DNA from: Amoebidium appalachense
Lineage: Eukaryota > Protista > Ichthyosporea
Assembly (NCBI GenBank): GCA_963693365.1
Contig: CAVNZM010000011.1
Coordinates: forward strand, 2,154,989 to 2,218,988
DNA: 64,000 nt
Direction of reading: 5' to 3'
Shown: positions 21,556 through 38,585 of the stretch, in pieces
Position numbering within the stretch: position 1 is the stretch's first letter
Layout: every line of letters starts with the position of its first letter
Program-made: the position numbers and the translations under genes
Notes under the pieces: model-generated
Database searches by the model: none
What the model saw: the letters and a program-made list of their open reading frames with translations, nothing else
What the model was told of the DNA's origin: nothing

Positions 21556-22111
21556 AGCCATCCTCCCCCCCCCCCCCCCCCTTTTGCCCCCTCCCCCCCA
21601 CCGTTACCCTTCTCGTACATCTCATCGAACACCATTAACCGATGACAAATTTGACTAACCCATCAGATCCTGATATGTATTCCAACCCCGCACACGTGAA
21701 AATGAAGCGTGCATAATCTTGCGCACCATGTATTTACTCATAAACAAAAACATGCACACATTGAGTCAGACACCAAAACGGTGTATGTTGCCATCTGGGC
21801 ACGTGATGCGCTGCAAAAACTTGGTACACACACACACACACACACACTCACATTCCCTATTGGTCAGGCTGGGAGGAAGACTAGCCCACGCTATGGATGC
21901 CCTGGTGTGCAAACTGTTGCACACGGGCATAGACTGCTGATGTCGTTCGAACGCACACTTGCACATACGGGCACATACGCACACCACACACACACACATA
22001 CGCACACAGGGGTGTGCGCGCACACACACATACACATGCACACACACAAGGTGGACTGCATATTGTGACGCGCACGCACACACACACACCGGGATACACA
22101 CACACACACAT

Positions 22112-22145
<34 letters not shown>

Positions 22146-22569
22146 ACCGGGCGCCCATGGACGTGCGCCTGGCTCTGTTTGAGACGTTTGCCTTTCCCTC
22201 GGTCAAGGCGCAGCAAGGCCCCTTTCTGTGGGTCATATTTGCCGATTCAGACATGTTCAGCGACCAGAAGCAGAAATTCCTGGACATCATATGGCCACTA
22301 CGTCACCGAATAGTGGTGGGTTATAGGTTGTGTCGTTAAAGAAAGAGAAAAGTAGGACTTTCGGAAGTGGGGATAGGAGAATAGGAGGAGGAGAGGAGAT
22401 TTGGGGTGCAGAGGGACTGGGAAGGGATGGGGGGAGGGAGGGGAGGGGCGGGGAGGGGGGGGAGGGGGGGGGGGGGAGGGGGGGGGGGAGGGGGGGGTGG
22501 GGGGTGGGGGGGGGGGGGGGGGGTGGAGGGGCGGGGCGAGGGGGGGGGGGGGGGGGGGGAGGGGGCGCA

Positions 22570-22625
<56 letters not shown>

Positions 22626-22872
22626 GGGCATAAAGAGAGAACGACCGAGGAGGTGTTAGGTGGGAAGGTCAGACAAACTGACGTGTTAGTGAAGGAGAGG
22701 TGAGCAAGGGAGGGAGTTGGGGAAGGTTGTGGGGGGGGGGGGGGGGGGGGGGGGGAGATCGAAATGGAGAGGGACGGGATGCATTTTCATAAAACACCAT
22801 CACATATGCAAGACGACAAAAGTGGCCGGAGCAGGGGGGGGGGGGGGGGGGGGGGGGAGGGGGGGGGGTGGC

Positions 22873-22903
<31 letters not shown>

Positions 22904-23618
22904 GGGGGGGGGGGAATCAACAATAGGGCTGATAGATATGAGAATAGAGAACATGCTCCCATAATGCTGGTGCATAGTATCTTCTGTTGCTGTGCTCATG
23001 CAGGTTGTTTGGACCAATCGGTGTGCACATTCGCTCAATCCGATCCGCTACAAGCCAATCATTGACGCCCATCTCAAGTCGTTTCTTCAACGGGTGGATT
23101 CGCTCTACGACACGATCATCACCACCCGATTGGATGCCGATGACGTCATGCACCCCAGCACGTTGGCGCTGACACGGGGGGCAGCCAGAAACGTCAGCAC
23201 ACCGTTTATGCGTGTGAGGTGGAGGAGGGGGTATGCGTGGAGGCCGGGGGGAGAGGAGGGGTTGGGGTTGGTCAACAGCTACATGTTTGCTTCGCTGGCT
23301 ATAGGTGAGCAGCGTGGCATCCTCCCCTGCATAGAGCAACACAATTCCATGGGAATAAGGCCAGGGAAGAAGAATGACCCGGCAAGGCGCAAATGAAGAA
23401 TGAGGGGGTGATGTATGTGTTAGAGGGTTGGAAATATGGAGGAGACAACAACGAGCATCAACAAAACGTCACAAAAGTGGGAAATCCAAAATCAAATAAT
23501 ATAAGCGTGCAGGCAGGAGACACTTGAACAGAGCCCATCATCAGGGGGGTTCCTATGCCTCCACAATTGGGTTCCTATGCCTCCACAAAAGCATGGGTTT
23601 CGACTCTTTATCCTCTCG

Positions 23619-23711
<93 letters not shown>

Positions 23712-23777
23712 GTGGTGTGCTCCGAGAGTCGGAGATGGAAAGGGAGTGTTTGTGTATGTAACCTTTTTTTTTGGGAA

Positions 23778-23814
<37 letters not shown>

Positions 23815-24651
23815 GGGGGGGGGGGGGGGGGCAGTAAACCAGGTGTACAGACAGGGTAAGTGATGATGCAGCACCCTGCGGCTCACCCCGAGAAGGGGCA
23901 GGGGAAGGAGAAGCAGGAAGGGTGGAGGGGGGATGTGGGGTAAGTAGGGAGGGAGGGGAGTCTGGATTGAAGGGGAGTTTTCAAGGTATCCATATGTGTG
24001 TGATGCAGAAGGGGAGGGGGGGGGGGGGGGGGGTGGCATTAACGGTAATGAGACTGAGGGAAGTGGAGTGTGGCATGCAGCACTATCACCCCCATGCTTT
24101 GCGCCTGCCATTATCACTCGTGCTACGGTTCTGATGTGTGCAAATGTGTGCATACTTTTTTCCGCTGATTCTTTGATGCAGGCACCTCCCTCCTTTCCGA
24201 CGGAGCTTACTCGCCCCTGACCCACAACGTGCACGGCATGAGCCACGTCCGCATGCTGCCGGCAATCTACGACAGATGCAATCAGTACCGCATGCCCACC
24301 GACACCCGTCCGTGCTACAACGACACACAGGCAGATATTGTGCTGCATAGACACGGGTGGTTGTATGTGCGCACGGCAATCAGTGATGGCGATTCCGGGC
24401 AGGAAGAAAACGACCCAAAACTGTTGAATGCTGTGCCCGGTGGTGAGGTGAGGCCTTTGTTGAGTGAATTTGGGCTGGACCCCGAGAGAGTTAAAGCGTT
24501 TAACCTTTTGCTGCCGGATTATAATAGGAGGCTGGCTGATGAACCGGTGAACACCCCACCATCGTGTGGGTTTTTTACGCGAATGGGCAACCCGAAATAC
24601 CACAAGGAGGGTGAAGACGAAAACAACAATGCCACCTTAGCCGAACGATAG
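20460..24651 (+). pseudogene. Disrupted tandem copy (A) of the PF11316-type glycosyltransferase; intact-looking exons 22144-22315, 23004-23304, 24182-24651
   Basis: Homologous to 27908-32111. Exon 1 carries frameshifts and a short deletion that creates TAG at about 20900 (GACTAGCATTC vs GACTATGAGGGATTC). The exon-1 donor is changed from AG|GTTTGG to AG|GAAGTT. Confidence 0.75.
21088..21483. mobile_element. Harbinger-type MITE in intron 1 of copy A
   Basis: Long imperfect TIRs GGGCCCAACCAC...CACATCGGCAGAGTCAACTTGCTCAGAGCGGAA and TTCTGCTCCGAGCAAGTTGACTCTGCTGATGTGGTTGGCCCC, flanked by TAA and TTA. Internal tandem duplication of about 80 bp. Absent from copy B. Confidence 0.7.
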
Positions 24652-25438
24652 GGGTTCTGCACATTGATCCCCCCCCACCCGGGCTGCTTCTCTTTTCAGT
24701 CTCTCTTTTAGGCCCTGACGCCATTACCTCACACCACCATGAGAGTTGAATGGCATATGAGCATCTGCGTGTATGGTTTTTTTGGACCTTAATACCCCCT
24801 TCCCTTCCCAACCCCTCTATTTTAGCCTTCTGCAATAGACTGGTTGTAGCGGCTGCTGAATATCCATGCGCTGCTTTAAGCCTCTATGAGCAACTATTAG
24901 TGCATCGCTACGCAGCCTGCAGCCATTTGCTTTAACTTAGCCTAACCTGTTCAGTATAAACTTAGTGAATGATATGTACCTAACACTAGGCACACCCACA
25001 CGAGCAAAATGGAAATAAACTCTCGGTTGCCAAGCGCAAAGAAAAGAGCGATATGGCTTCATGTAAACTTATGTGCTTTGATACAAGGGCTGACTGGAGT
25101 CTTAACTTCTACTATGGGTTGTTTGTAGCCTCTTGACACCTGGTCCAGAAAACTGTCAAATTCTTAACCTGGGAAATACACGAGGTATTGTGATGCACAG
25201 ACCCGTCCACAACTGAAGTTGATCACACACACAACACGTGAATGCACGCACACGTGTGCACCCACCTCACAAACGCCAAAGCCAACATACATAAACGGCC
25301 GTCACACACACGCCTGCACCCCTGCCCACACGCACGCACGCACCCCCGTCCGTCCGTCCGCCCGCCTGCCCGCACACACGCACGCACGCACGCACGCACG
25401 CACCCACACACGCGTGCGCACACACCCACTCACAGACA

Positions 25439-25481
<43 letters not shown>

Positions 25482-26370
25482 CACACCAGTGCACACACAC
25501 ACTCACACACATGCAAACACACATGCACCCACCTACCCACGCACACACACAAACACACGCACGCACACCTGCCACCAATTACAGGACCTACCACATGAGG
25601 CACGTTTGACACTTTACATCATCGTCCAAAAACACAACGGGGTGCATACCCTTGGAGTCATATCTGAGAACCTTAACTGTGGAAGATCCTATCCTCCTCG
25701 GTACCTCGAATGCTCTTGCGCTCAAAGACGTAAGTGCAGGGGGAAGACTGGAGGTTTGTGAGGTTCATAGAATGAGAGGGTGAGAGATATGGCGGGTGGA
25801 GGCTAGGAATCGGTGAAAGGGTAAGGAGAAACGGATGGGGAAGGAAGGAATAACGTGAGAGGAGAACCTAAGTGCGTGTAAAGCATTATTTTGAAGTTCG
25901 AGCGAGCGACAGAGGAAAGTGTAGATTTGGAATGGGAATTGGAGAATTGAAAGGGAATAAGCTGGAAGGGGAAAGGGAGAGGGCAGGGGGTTGAAAATGG
26001 AGCGAAAAGCAAACAAACGGGACGTCGAACATATGCGTGCATGTGTGTGTGCGAGAAGAGAGGAGGAAGAAAGATTGGCAGGGGAAGGCCGGGGGGGGGG
26101 GGGGGGGGGGAGGGGGGGGGGGGGGGGGGAGGAGAAAACAGGCATGGACCTCACCAATTGCAATTATTGGTGTGTTGTTGACACATGTAAATACCTACTT
26201 TTTCGATTATTTAGCGGACCGGCCATCCTACAGCGTATGTGTGCATTACGCACTCACCTGTCCACCTCCAACACCATGTCACACACTTCATTCACCATCA
26301 TCGAACTTCTTCTCCATTACCGCTGCTGTTTGACAATTGTGCCCTGGCACACACGTGTATCCCAACCCAT

Positions 26371-26407
<37 letters not shown>

Positions 26408-27907
26408 CGCCCTTCCCCACCGCCTCCCCCCCACCCCCCCACCCTCCCCTCCCTCCCCAGGCTAGGTCGTCTTGATAACCTGCCTTGCTGTCATGGCCTT
26501 TTTCCGTGCATAACTGCTGTGTGCGCAAATATTGGGGGGCGGGACCCCATCAGTACCGGGTGGGTATTCACATGTTGAACGTGCATGTTTGAAAAGGTAA
26601 CTGAATGTATGTGTCGGATACACACCACATGTGTAGAATGCATGAGAAAAGGAGATTACTCAGCAGAATGCTCTAAAAGCGACTAACGAACGAAATCTGA
26701 TAGAGTCAAACGGGTTGAACTTTTTTTTTTAATGAACCGTTGAAGTATTTGTTTGTTTTTGTAAATAGAAACCCATGATGAATCGCCCTGATTGGTCAAC
26801 TAAATGAGCATAATCACGAGGGAACGTGATCAGATCTGGGGTGCATGTTGGCCCTGTGCTGCTGTGCATCCTGTCTGCAGCCGGTTTCATGGTGCCAGAA
26901 AGCAATTCCCAACCTTTTCCATGCTCAATTGAACACAAAATTAATGGTCCTTGTGCCTTTTGTGGCCAGTTTCCTAGATTCTAACAGTGATATATGTGCC
27001 CTCAAGTCGCCTCCAAGAGGCTCGGAGCTCCTGAGTCAGCCGGCGGATCTGTGCCCGGTCATGTGACTCATGTCCCTACTTCCAAGATCTATTCAGCCAA
27101 TCAACTCTACAAATACTCTTGAATAGATCTGGACCTGTGCCAGCGATGGTGCTGTATGACACTGTATATTTGATGCAAGCAAATCTATTGGTTCCACAGA
27201 AATATTAGGCGGCATCGGCGTTTGGTTTGGTTATTTTGCCTCTATATATATTTACTACTGATGATGTCTGTAGCTTCGCTTACAGCACAGTATATGGATT
27301 CTTCAGTGATCTTGGTCAAAGAATAATATTTCGATCTGATTGGTTAACTAAAACCCCCTAGAATACCCCCAGATTGGGCAAGAACGTGATCCGTGTTCGT
27401 TTCATACCCGAACTAAATGGCCACACTTGAACAATGAAGCTATTAGTATATAAATAGGTATACACAATATTAACAGTTACCTAATCCCGCAATTTTTGCT
27501 TTCTTAACAAAGTAAATGTTCCCCAGTTCTGTAGCTATAAAACGGGCGCTGCTTGCACACGTACCTACATATATATATATACCGACACGTGTGCGTTCAC
27601 AACCCCTTCGGCGAGTGTTCCGGAATTCGAAGTAATATTGGCGGATTTCCCCAGACCCTAGCTCTTACCTTCTCAGTCGGCGGCCTGCGTTTACTGAACA
27701 GGTTTCTGAAGCAAAACATAAACACAAAGAAGTAGCCTTATTATTCGCGACAACCGAGAGGGCGTGAGGTGCGGAATGCATGTAGCTCCGCATGTAGCTA
27801 TGATACCAACACATGGAATGGGCAGGGCGTTGTTAGCTTAGAGTCGAGTCATAGTGGTGTGGCTACCGTTGAAGCTGGCTGGCCGAGCGAGCTAGAATCA
27901 CATAGTC

Positions 27908-32111
<4,204 letters not shown>

Positions 32112-32447
32112 TGTTTTTGTCGAATGATGTAAGAACGGCTGCCTGTTTAGTTGTATGAATCAGCTCACGGTTGCACCTTATATGTACGAACGTAGTTATT
32201 AATGCGGGGAATATTGCATGAGCAACATGTATCTACAGTGACGAATAGAGTAATGACTATATTAAACGGAAGTATCAGACACATTTAAAAAAGCTGGCAT
32301 CACAGTGACCCTCGGGCATTGCATATTTGGCTGTCATTGTGTTGCACACTGTGTGCCGCATGAATAAGTTCTCGCATAAGCTACGATTAGCTACATCTGA
32401 CAATATTATGGAGTGCCAACTTAAAGTTATTCTCTCACTTTGTAACC

Positions 32448-32482
<35 letters not shown>

Positions 32483-32529
32483 ACCACCACCACCCCTTCT
32501 CCTCCTTAGGCTTTCCAGGGGCCGTGCCC

Positions 32530-32625
<96 letters not shown>

Positions 32626-33466
32626 GCCCGCATGCACACATGCACGCATGCACACACCACAGACAAAGGCACAAACACAGACACACATACACACACACGC
32701 TACACACACACAAAAAAGTAGCCCAAGATGAGAATGATAAACATAAAAAACTACATATAGCCATCTTGCCGTTACTGTAAACAAACCAGCCCTTTATGCC
32801 GCTGCCCTTTGGGGCCTCTGATATGAATTTTAAGATTGCAAAATGTAATACTGTGCCTTTTATCGATCCAAGGACGAGATGTGAAATCGGATTGAAGGCC
32901 AGCGAAACAAGCGCAATTGCAGGGGGGGGGGGGGGGGGGGGGGGGGGGGAAGGCGGGATTGGACCCGGAGAGAGGGCGAAAAGTTTTGTACCTGATGGTC
33001 CCTTTAAGGTTCGAGAGAGAAAGGGTGGACGGACGGCACCTAAGTACTTGTGGGGAAGGCCGTGGGAAACCCGGAAGGTGGGATGGGGAGGAGGGGGGGG
33101 GGGGAGGGGAGGGGGGAGGGAGGGGGGGGGGGGGGGGGGGGATTTGTTTATTTGGCAGGCAGGGAGGAGGGTGTGGTCCTGATGGGGACCGGGGAGTCTC
33201 GATGGGGGCATGGGGGATGGGAAGATGGGGCTTCTGATGGAGGCAAATTATTATCAGCTGTGATTTCCACGTTGTTAAGTTTTTATTAAAATAGGCACTA
33301 TCGATCTTTTGATTGTGCAGACTCTGACCATGTCTGGGCAGCTGTCAGCGAGCTCATTTTGTGTGAGAGATAATAATAGCATTAAATGGTCATTTTTCTT
33401 TGTTCAGACTTCGTATGGAAGATGTTTGCATTTTAACATTATAATATCACGTGTTTAGCCTAGCTA

Positions 33467-34069
33467 CTAGTTGAATGCCTCGTACCAGTCCCGGAACGTT
33501 TGCGACCAGTGGACGGCGCAGCCGCTCCAGCGGTCGGCCTCGCATGCGTGTTGGTTCGAGTAGAGCATGTCCGCAGCCGTACGATGCGCACTTCCACGCC
33601 GAAGATCCGAATTCGGAGAGCACGTGAACTCACACCACATGGGGTCAGTCCTTGTGCTGCGGGTCGCCTTGACGGTGATGGTGGGCCGGCCGCGGGGCCC
33701 ATGAAGATCAGTGGGCACGGGCACGGGCACGGGCTCTGTCCCGGGTATGAACCGCCACCAGCCTTCCAACGACAAGCCTGGGTCGTTGTTGATGCCGCAC
33801 GTCTGCCTGGGCCCAGCGGCTTGATGGCAGTCCACTAGAGACGAGAAATACTGTGCAGCAGCGGATTGGCATAGCGCGCCTTCGCCCGGGCCCAGGTCGT
33901 AGGCACGTGCCAGGTCGCAGCTGTAGCTGGCGTCGTAGCGGGGGTAGGGGTCCTGCAGGGAGAAGGGACAGCTGTTGATGCCCAGCGGAGGCAGGGGGAG
34001 GCCACGATCCACAGCCTTCGTTCCCGAACACAGCTGCCACGGAACCAGCTGAGTTTGGTTCTTTCCCAC
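33467..34069 (-). CDS. Orphan, intronless Cys/Trp-rich ORF fragment (about 200 aa); no ATG, 5' end abuts a retroelement relic
   Basis: GC3-rich, non-repetitive frame ending ...TFRDWYEAFN TAG TAG, followed by AT-rich sequence. No family recognised. Confidence 0.5.
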   Translation of the reverse strand: MGKNQTQLVPWQLCSGTKAVDRGLPLPPLGINSCPFSLQDPYPRYDASYSCDLARAYDLGPGEGALCQSAAAQYFSSLVDCHQAAGPRQTCGINNDPGLSLEGWWRFIPGTEPVPVPVPTDLHGPRGRPTITVKATRSTRTDPMWCEFTCSPNSDLRRGSAHRTAADMLYSNQHACEADRWSGCAVHWSQTFRDWYEAFN

Positions 34070-34469
34070 ACGTGTCTCAAGATATGTTACCCCTCCCTTT
34101 ATTTCCTGTTCCGCTGTTGGGTCTCGGTTGTCGTTTCAAGTTTGCAAGACGTAGATGTATTTTTAATAGGAAGTGGATTTTATTTCAGATGGCAAACAGA
34201 GCTATAGCATCAATCAATGCTTTGACAATGTATATTAATGTGCTGCCTAGCTCCTATAGGCTCTCCTAGGGATGATGTTCGGCAACATATGCACCACGCC
34301 TCTACCTCAGCACACACACACATTTCCACCATAGCTCCTCTCTTTTCCACGCACCTTTTCCCCACACCTCCTAGAACCCACGCACTATTCCCATGCACCC
34401 ACGCCAACACAAGAAAAAGCTATGTTTCACATTCTTTCTTCTTGCTCAGATATGCGCCGCAGGATCAGC

Positions 34470-35430
34470 AATTAATGTCCCCTTAGCGGCCGTTTCTGAT
34501 TCTTTTTCATACTTTAACCATACTAAAGCTTTCACCCCCATAGTTGCTGAACGAATGGCACTTCCCCCTCCGGGATTTGGCGCCACTGTCCCTCGTCTTT
34601 TGGTCCTTCCCCCTGACCTGAGGGTGATGCTGGAGACGCCCGATGCATTGGTGGTGTCAGAGTCGAGTGAGGGTCACGGTGAGAGTGGGTCTGAGCCCAC
34701 TGCGATCGAGGAGTCGCCCATGCACGGAGCTTGCGGGATGGGGCAGAGGGCGACTGAGAGCACCACTGAGGGTGCAGAGGAATCCCACCCCACTCCCGGG
34801 CGTCCTGTCTTTGCCTTCTCGTCAGTGTCGTCACCAGATGAGTGGCCCCTATTAGCCAAGCGAATGTTTGATTGTGGCATGATTGCTTTTTCGGAATTCC
34901 ATGAGCCCCCGAAAGTCATAAATGGTTTGTTTGCAGTTGAAAAGATGAGAAAGAAGATCGTCTTATTATGGATGCCCGTCCTATGAATGCAGTTATGGTT
35001 GATCCCCCCAATCCCCTATTTCCCAGCCCGTCGGATTTGTGTATAGCATCATCATCCCTAAAGATTCCGTCCTGGTTGTAGCCAAGATAGTATGATTTTT
35101 CAAATTTCTATCATCGGTTTCGGGCTCCAGAGTGGTTGTCGTGGTATCCTAGGCCTCCCCCCGGTCTCCTCCAAGGCGGCGGGGTTGCCTGGCTTGGATC
35201 GGTTGGTGTTCCCACGTGTTTTGTCGATGCCGATGGGGTGGAAATGGGCCCCGTTTCTTGCCCAGATCTAGAGCAGTCACAATTTCATGATCCACCCTCC
35301 TCTTCGGGTCGACAGATGCATCCAATCAAATTTTCCGCCAGCACATCAATGATTCCATGAGCAACCAATCGGATTCCGTTCATTTGATCTACGTTGATGA
35401 TTGGGTGGGGATAGGGTTCGAAGAATCTAG
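34470..35430 (+). mobile_element. Decayed reverse transcriptase of a tyrosine-recombinase (DIRS/PAT/Ngaro-like) retrotransposon
   Basis: Across frameshifts: PIVAERMALP, GLFAVEK, DRLIMDARPMN, NFYHRFRAPEWLSWY, MPMGWKWAPFLAQ and IYVDDWVGIG. No recombinase or RNase H is seen. Confidence 0.7.
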
Positions 35431-35580
35431 GGTGAATCGGAGTCGGAGATGAACGCTGTCTTGAGGACCCACGACGATGCCCGGCTCCCACACGTATCGG
35501 GGCGGCGAGGGGGCAAAGGGAAGCTCAACCTGGGGTGGGAGGGGGGTCCTCTGCAACCTGGGGGGGACCGATACTAACCC

Positions 35581-36363
35581 TGTCATCTTCCCATGATTAT
35601 CGGCAAGACTTAGAGATTGAGTTTTATATATGTTTATTAGTTTGTTGTAGTTTGTTTCCTTTTCCCTTTTCCTTTTTTTCTTTCCTTTCTGTTTCCGTGT
35701 GCACAGATCTGTGTACACATCGAGATATTTAGCCCGCGCACACGTATTGTCGTTTGTGTCAATGTCTAAATATGTCGTCCAATCAGATCTCGTTATATTT
35801 TCCCAAATATAGTAACCTACATTCCTCATTAATTCTATTCGATTCCTTTCCCATTCCATTCCTTTCTATCCTCATTCCTTTTCCTTCTATTCCCACGACG
35901 TAGCATTGTTCTATGTTCCCCTCCTATTAGGAATACTTATATTTAGACGTGTTATGTTAAGAACATGTATAAATATATGATGTGAACTAATAGATACATA
36001 AGTGGTTTCATTTTGTTAAATGTTTCCGTACTTTTATTAGAAGATTACTTTCATTAGAGGATTGCGTTTTATCTTCTATGTGTCGACAGGCATTTCGATC
36101 GATTTATTTTACCCTCATAGTTTTCGTCTTTCTGATTGGAAAATAGAGTTTTCGTTCTTTTGATTGGTTTATCGATTTCACATTCCTGATTATAAAAGGA
36201 ACTTCATCTGAAATAAATATCAAGCAGTCGTATTCATTTCCTATGGTCCCAGTAATCGTTCCACCTCTCCGGTTGTGTTTCTGCTCCCGTGTGTCTCTGT
36301 GTTGTGTATATCATAACACCCATCTGTGCTCTCTGCTTCTCCGTTCACCCACACAAAACAACA
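35581..36363 (+). mobile_element. Solo LTR (783 bp)
   Basis: TGTCA...CAACA termini with an exact 5-bp TSD AACCC (35576-35580 and 36364-36368). Internal ATTGG boxes, TATAAAA near 36191 and AATAAA near 36212. Confidence 0.8.
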
Positions 36364-36399
36364 AACCCCCCCCGCTCCCTCCTTGACCCCAGGTTCCCC

Positions 36400-38420
36400 C
36401 TCCCCCGAAACTCAATAGCCTCGGTAGCTACGGCAATATGCAGCAGAGTGCCCTTGCCGGCCACAAAAATAACAAGAACCAAAGAAAGGGCCAGGGGGAA
36501 CTTCATAGCCTTGGCGCAAAGCATAACCGGGAGCCCAGTCGTGCTGGGGGGGCCCACCGTGTGCACCACGGCCCCCCCTTCCCCCCTGCCCCCCTCTGCC
36601 TCTCTCACCACCAGCACCAAACCCACCACGGCCTCCATGTCCACCCCTACCACCATTCTCTCCTCCAAACCCACCTCTAGATCTATGACCACCATTCTCA
36701 CCACCATGTCCACCCCTCCCTCTACCCTGCCCGCCACCACGAGCAGGATAAGAGGCAACCTCTCGTTGAACTGCTGCTGCTGTCCTCCTCGTCCACCACG
36801 CCCACGACCGCCGTGTCCACCCCGGCCGCCACCACGGCCACCTCGGAAGCCGAAGCCCCCTCGGCCAGAGAGGCTAGCGCTGGCCGACGGCCTGGGAGAG
36901 CTCAGCTCCCTGCTTAACCAACGCAGTGAGTGCAGCTGGCTGTTCACCCTCCTTTTCTTCTTCCTTTTCCCCTTTCTTTCCACTTTCTTTCTTCTTCTTA
37001 TCCACCTCCATCACCTCCTTCCTATCCCTCTTGTTAAACTTCACCTCATGCATAGCAAGCAGGTGACGTTCACATGCAGCACCACCTCATCAACATCATC
37101 ATGCTCACCAAACATACGTGCAGTGTCTGTGTTGACAGAGAGAGCCTTGCGTGCAAACTTGAACTTTTCAATCTAGCACTCGCGTCCCCAGCCAACTCAC
37201 AAAGGTCTTCAAAGACTTGATACTCCCTCTCAAAGAATGCACGAGCTTCAACAGGGGACATTATCTAAAGTGGGAAAGGTATACTTCCATTCTCTCAGCT
37301 GGGCGCGGAACGTGCGTAGTCGGTCGGCTGTCAAGTATCTGTTGACGAGCCTGGTCATATAGTCGAGCTCGTTCTCGGGCCGGTTAAAGTCGTCGGTTTT
37401 GGTCGCGTCATCATCCTCGGGAATGAACCGTGCTGCCAGACGTTTCTGGCCTAACGTACGGTTCACCATCTCGTCGCGCTCCTCGTCGTACTGTTGCTCG
37501 TATATATGAGCCTCCAGTCACCTGTGGTGCCTGCTCGGCCCTGTAAGGGTGCTCCTCCATGAGGGTGCACAGGTCGGCCATTGTTTTGTGGTCTATGCAC
37601 TGCTTAATCATGAGGCAAGAGGCCGCCACTGTAGGGGCCTTCTTGGCGTCTATTACTAGTGTGGGTGTGTTGGCTACGAGTGTGCGGAGCCAGTGTCGTG
37701 TCCGGCTCGCGGTCGCTCTTTTGGGAGCTTGGCTTACTGTTACTTTGTGGCGGGCTAGGTGTACGTCATTGAAAGGCGCAACCATTTATTGTGCCAGATG
37801 ATCACCATTACCGGCAATCATTCCCCAGATGAACTGACCTACCGAATTGCTTTTATAGTACCAAAGCAATTTCGTAGCCGTGATTGTGGGACAGGAATGC
37901 CATCCAGCCGCACCAATCAAAAACCAGATCGGTGAGCCACATCATGATAACAATCCCCTCCCGCAAAGGACAAGCTAGAGTCTCCTGACTCGACTCCATG
38001 GGCACGAAAGACCCAGCGGGGGTGTAGCTTGTCGTGTCCGGCTCGCGGTCGCTCTTTTGGGAGCTTGGCTTACTGTTACTTTGTGGCGGGCTAGGTGTAC
38101 GTCATTGAAAGGCGCTATTGTGCCAGATCACCATTACCGGCAATCATTCCCCAGATGAACTGACCTACCGAATTGCTTTTATACCAAAGCAATTTCGTAG
38201 CCGTGATTGTGGGACAGGAATGCCATCCAGCCGCACCAATCAAAAACCAGATCGGTGAGCCACATAACAGCCAGCGTGGTATTTCTGAGTCGTGTTTGAG
38301 TGTAAAACTAAACGCGGTTGTGTTTCTCACGTCGATGGTGTGAACCTGTGGGATTTGTGTATGCAGGGAGCTATCCTCTGCTGCCAACGCGTAGAACATA
38401 TCTACGTTAAAGTTAGCCAT
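36400..38420 (-). mobile_element. Frameshifted retrotransposon gag with RGG-rich region and CCHC zinc knuckle
   Basis: ATG at 38420 (MANFNVDMFY...). Capsid-like segment RTFRAQLREWKY...AFFEREYQVFEDLCELAG...IEKFKF, then GRGG repeats and CYFCGRQGHSAAYC near 36430-36475. Interrupted downstream by the solo LTR. Confidence 0.8.
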
Positions 38421-38585
38421 GGTGTTGTGTGCCCTAACGTGTTGTGTGTGTTTTTTTTTCTTGTTTTTTTTTTCGTTGTTTATCTGAGGTGTAGCAACAG
38501 CCCAGAAGGAACTGTCACCGCGTGTAAACTAGCGCGAAAGACCACACTAAAAGAAAAGGTGTAGCTTGTCGTACCCTAACTCATG

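Noticed and set aside
32525-32533. Isolated CCCTAAC telomere-like hexamers (also near 38432 and 38574)
   Set aside because: Single copies, as expected by chance.
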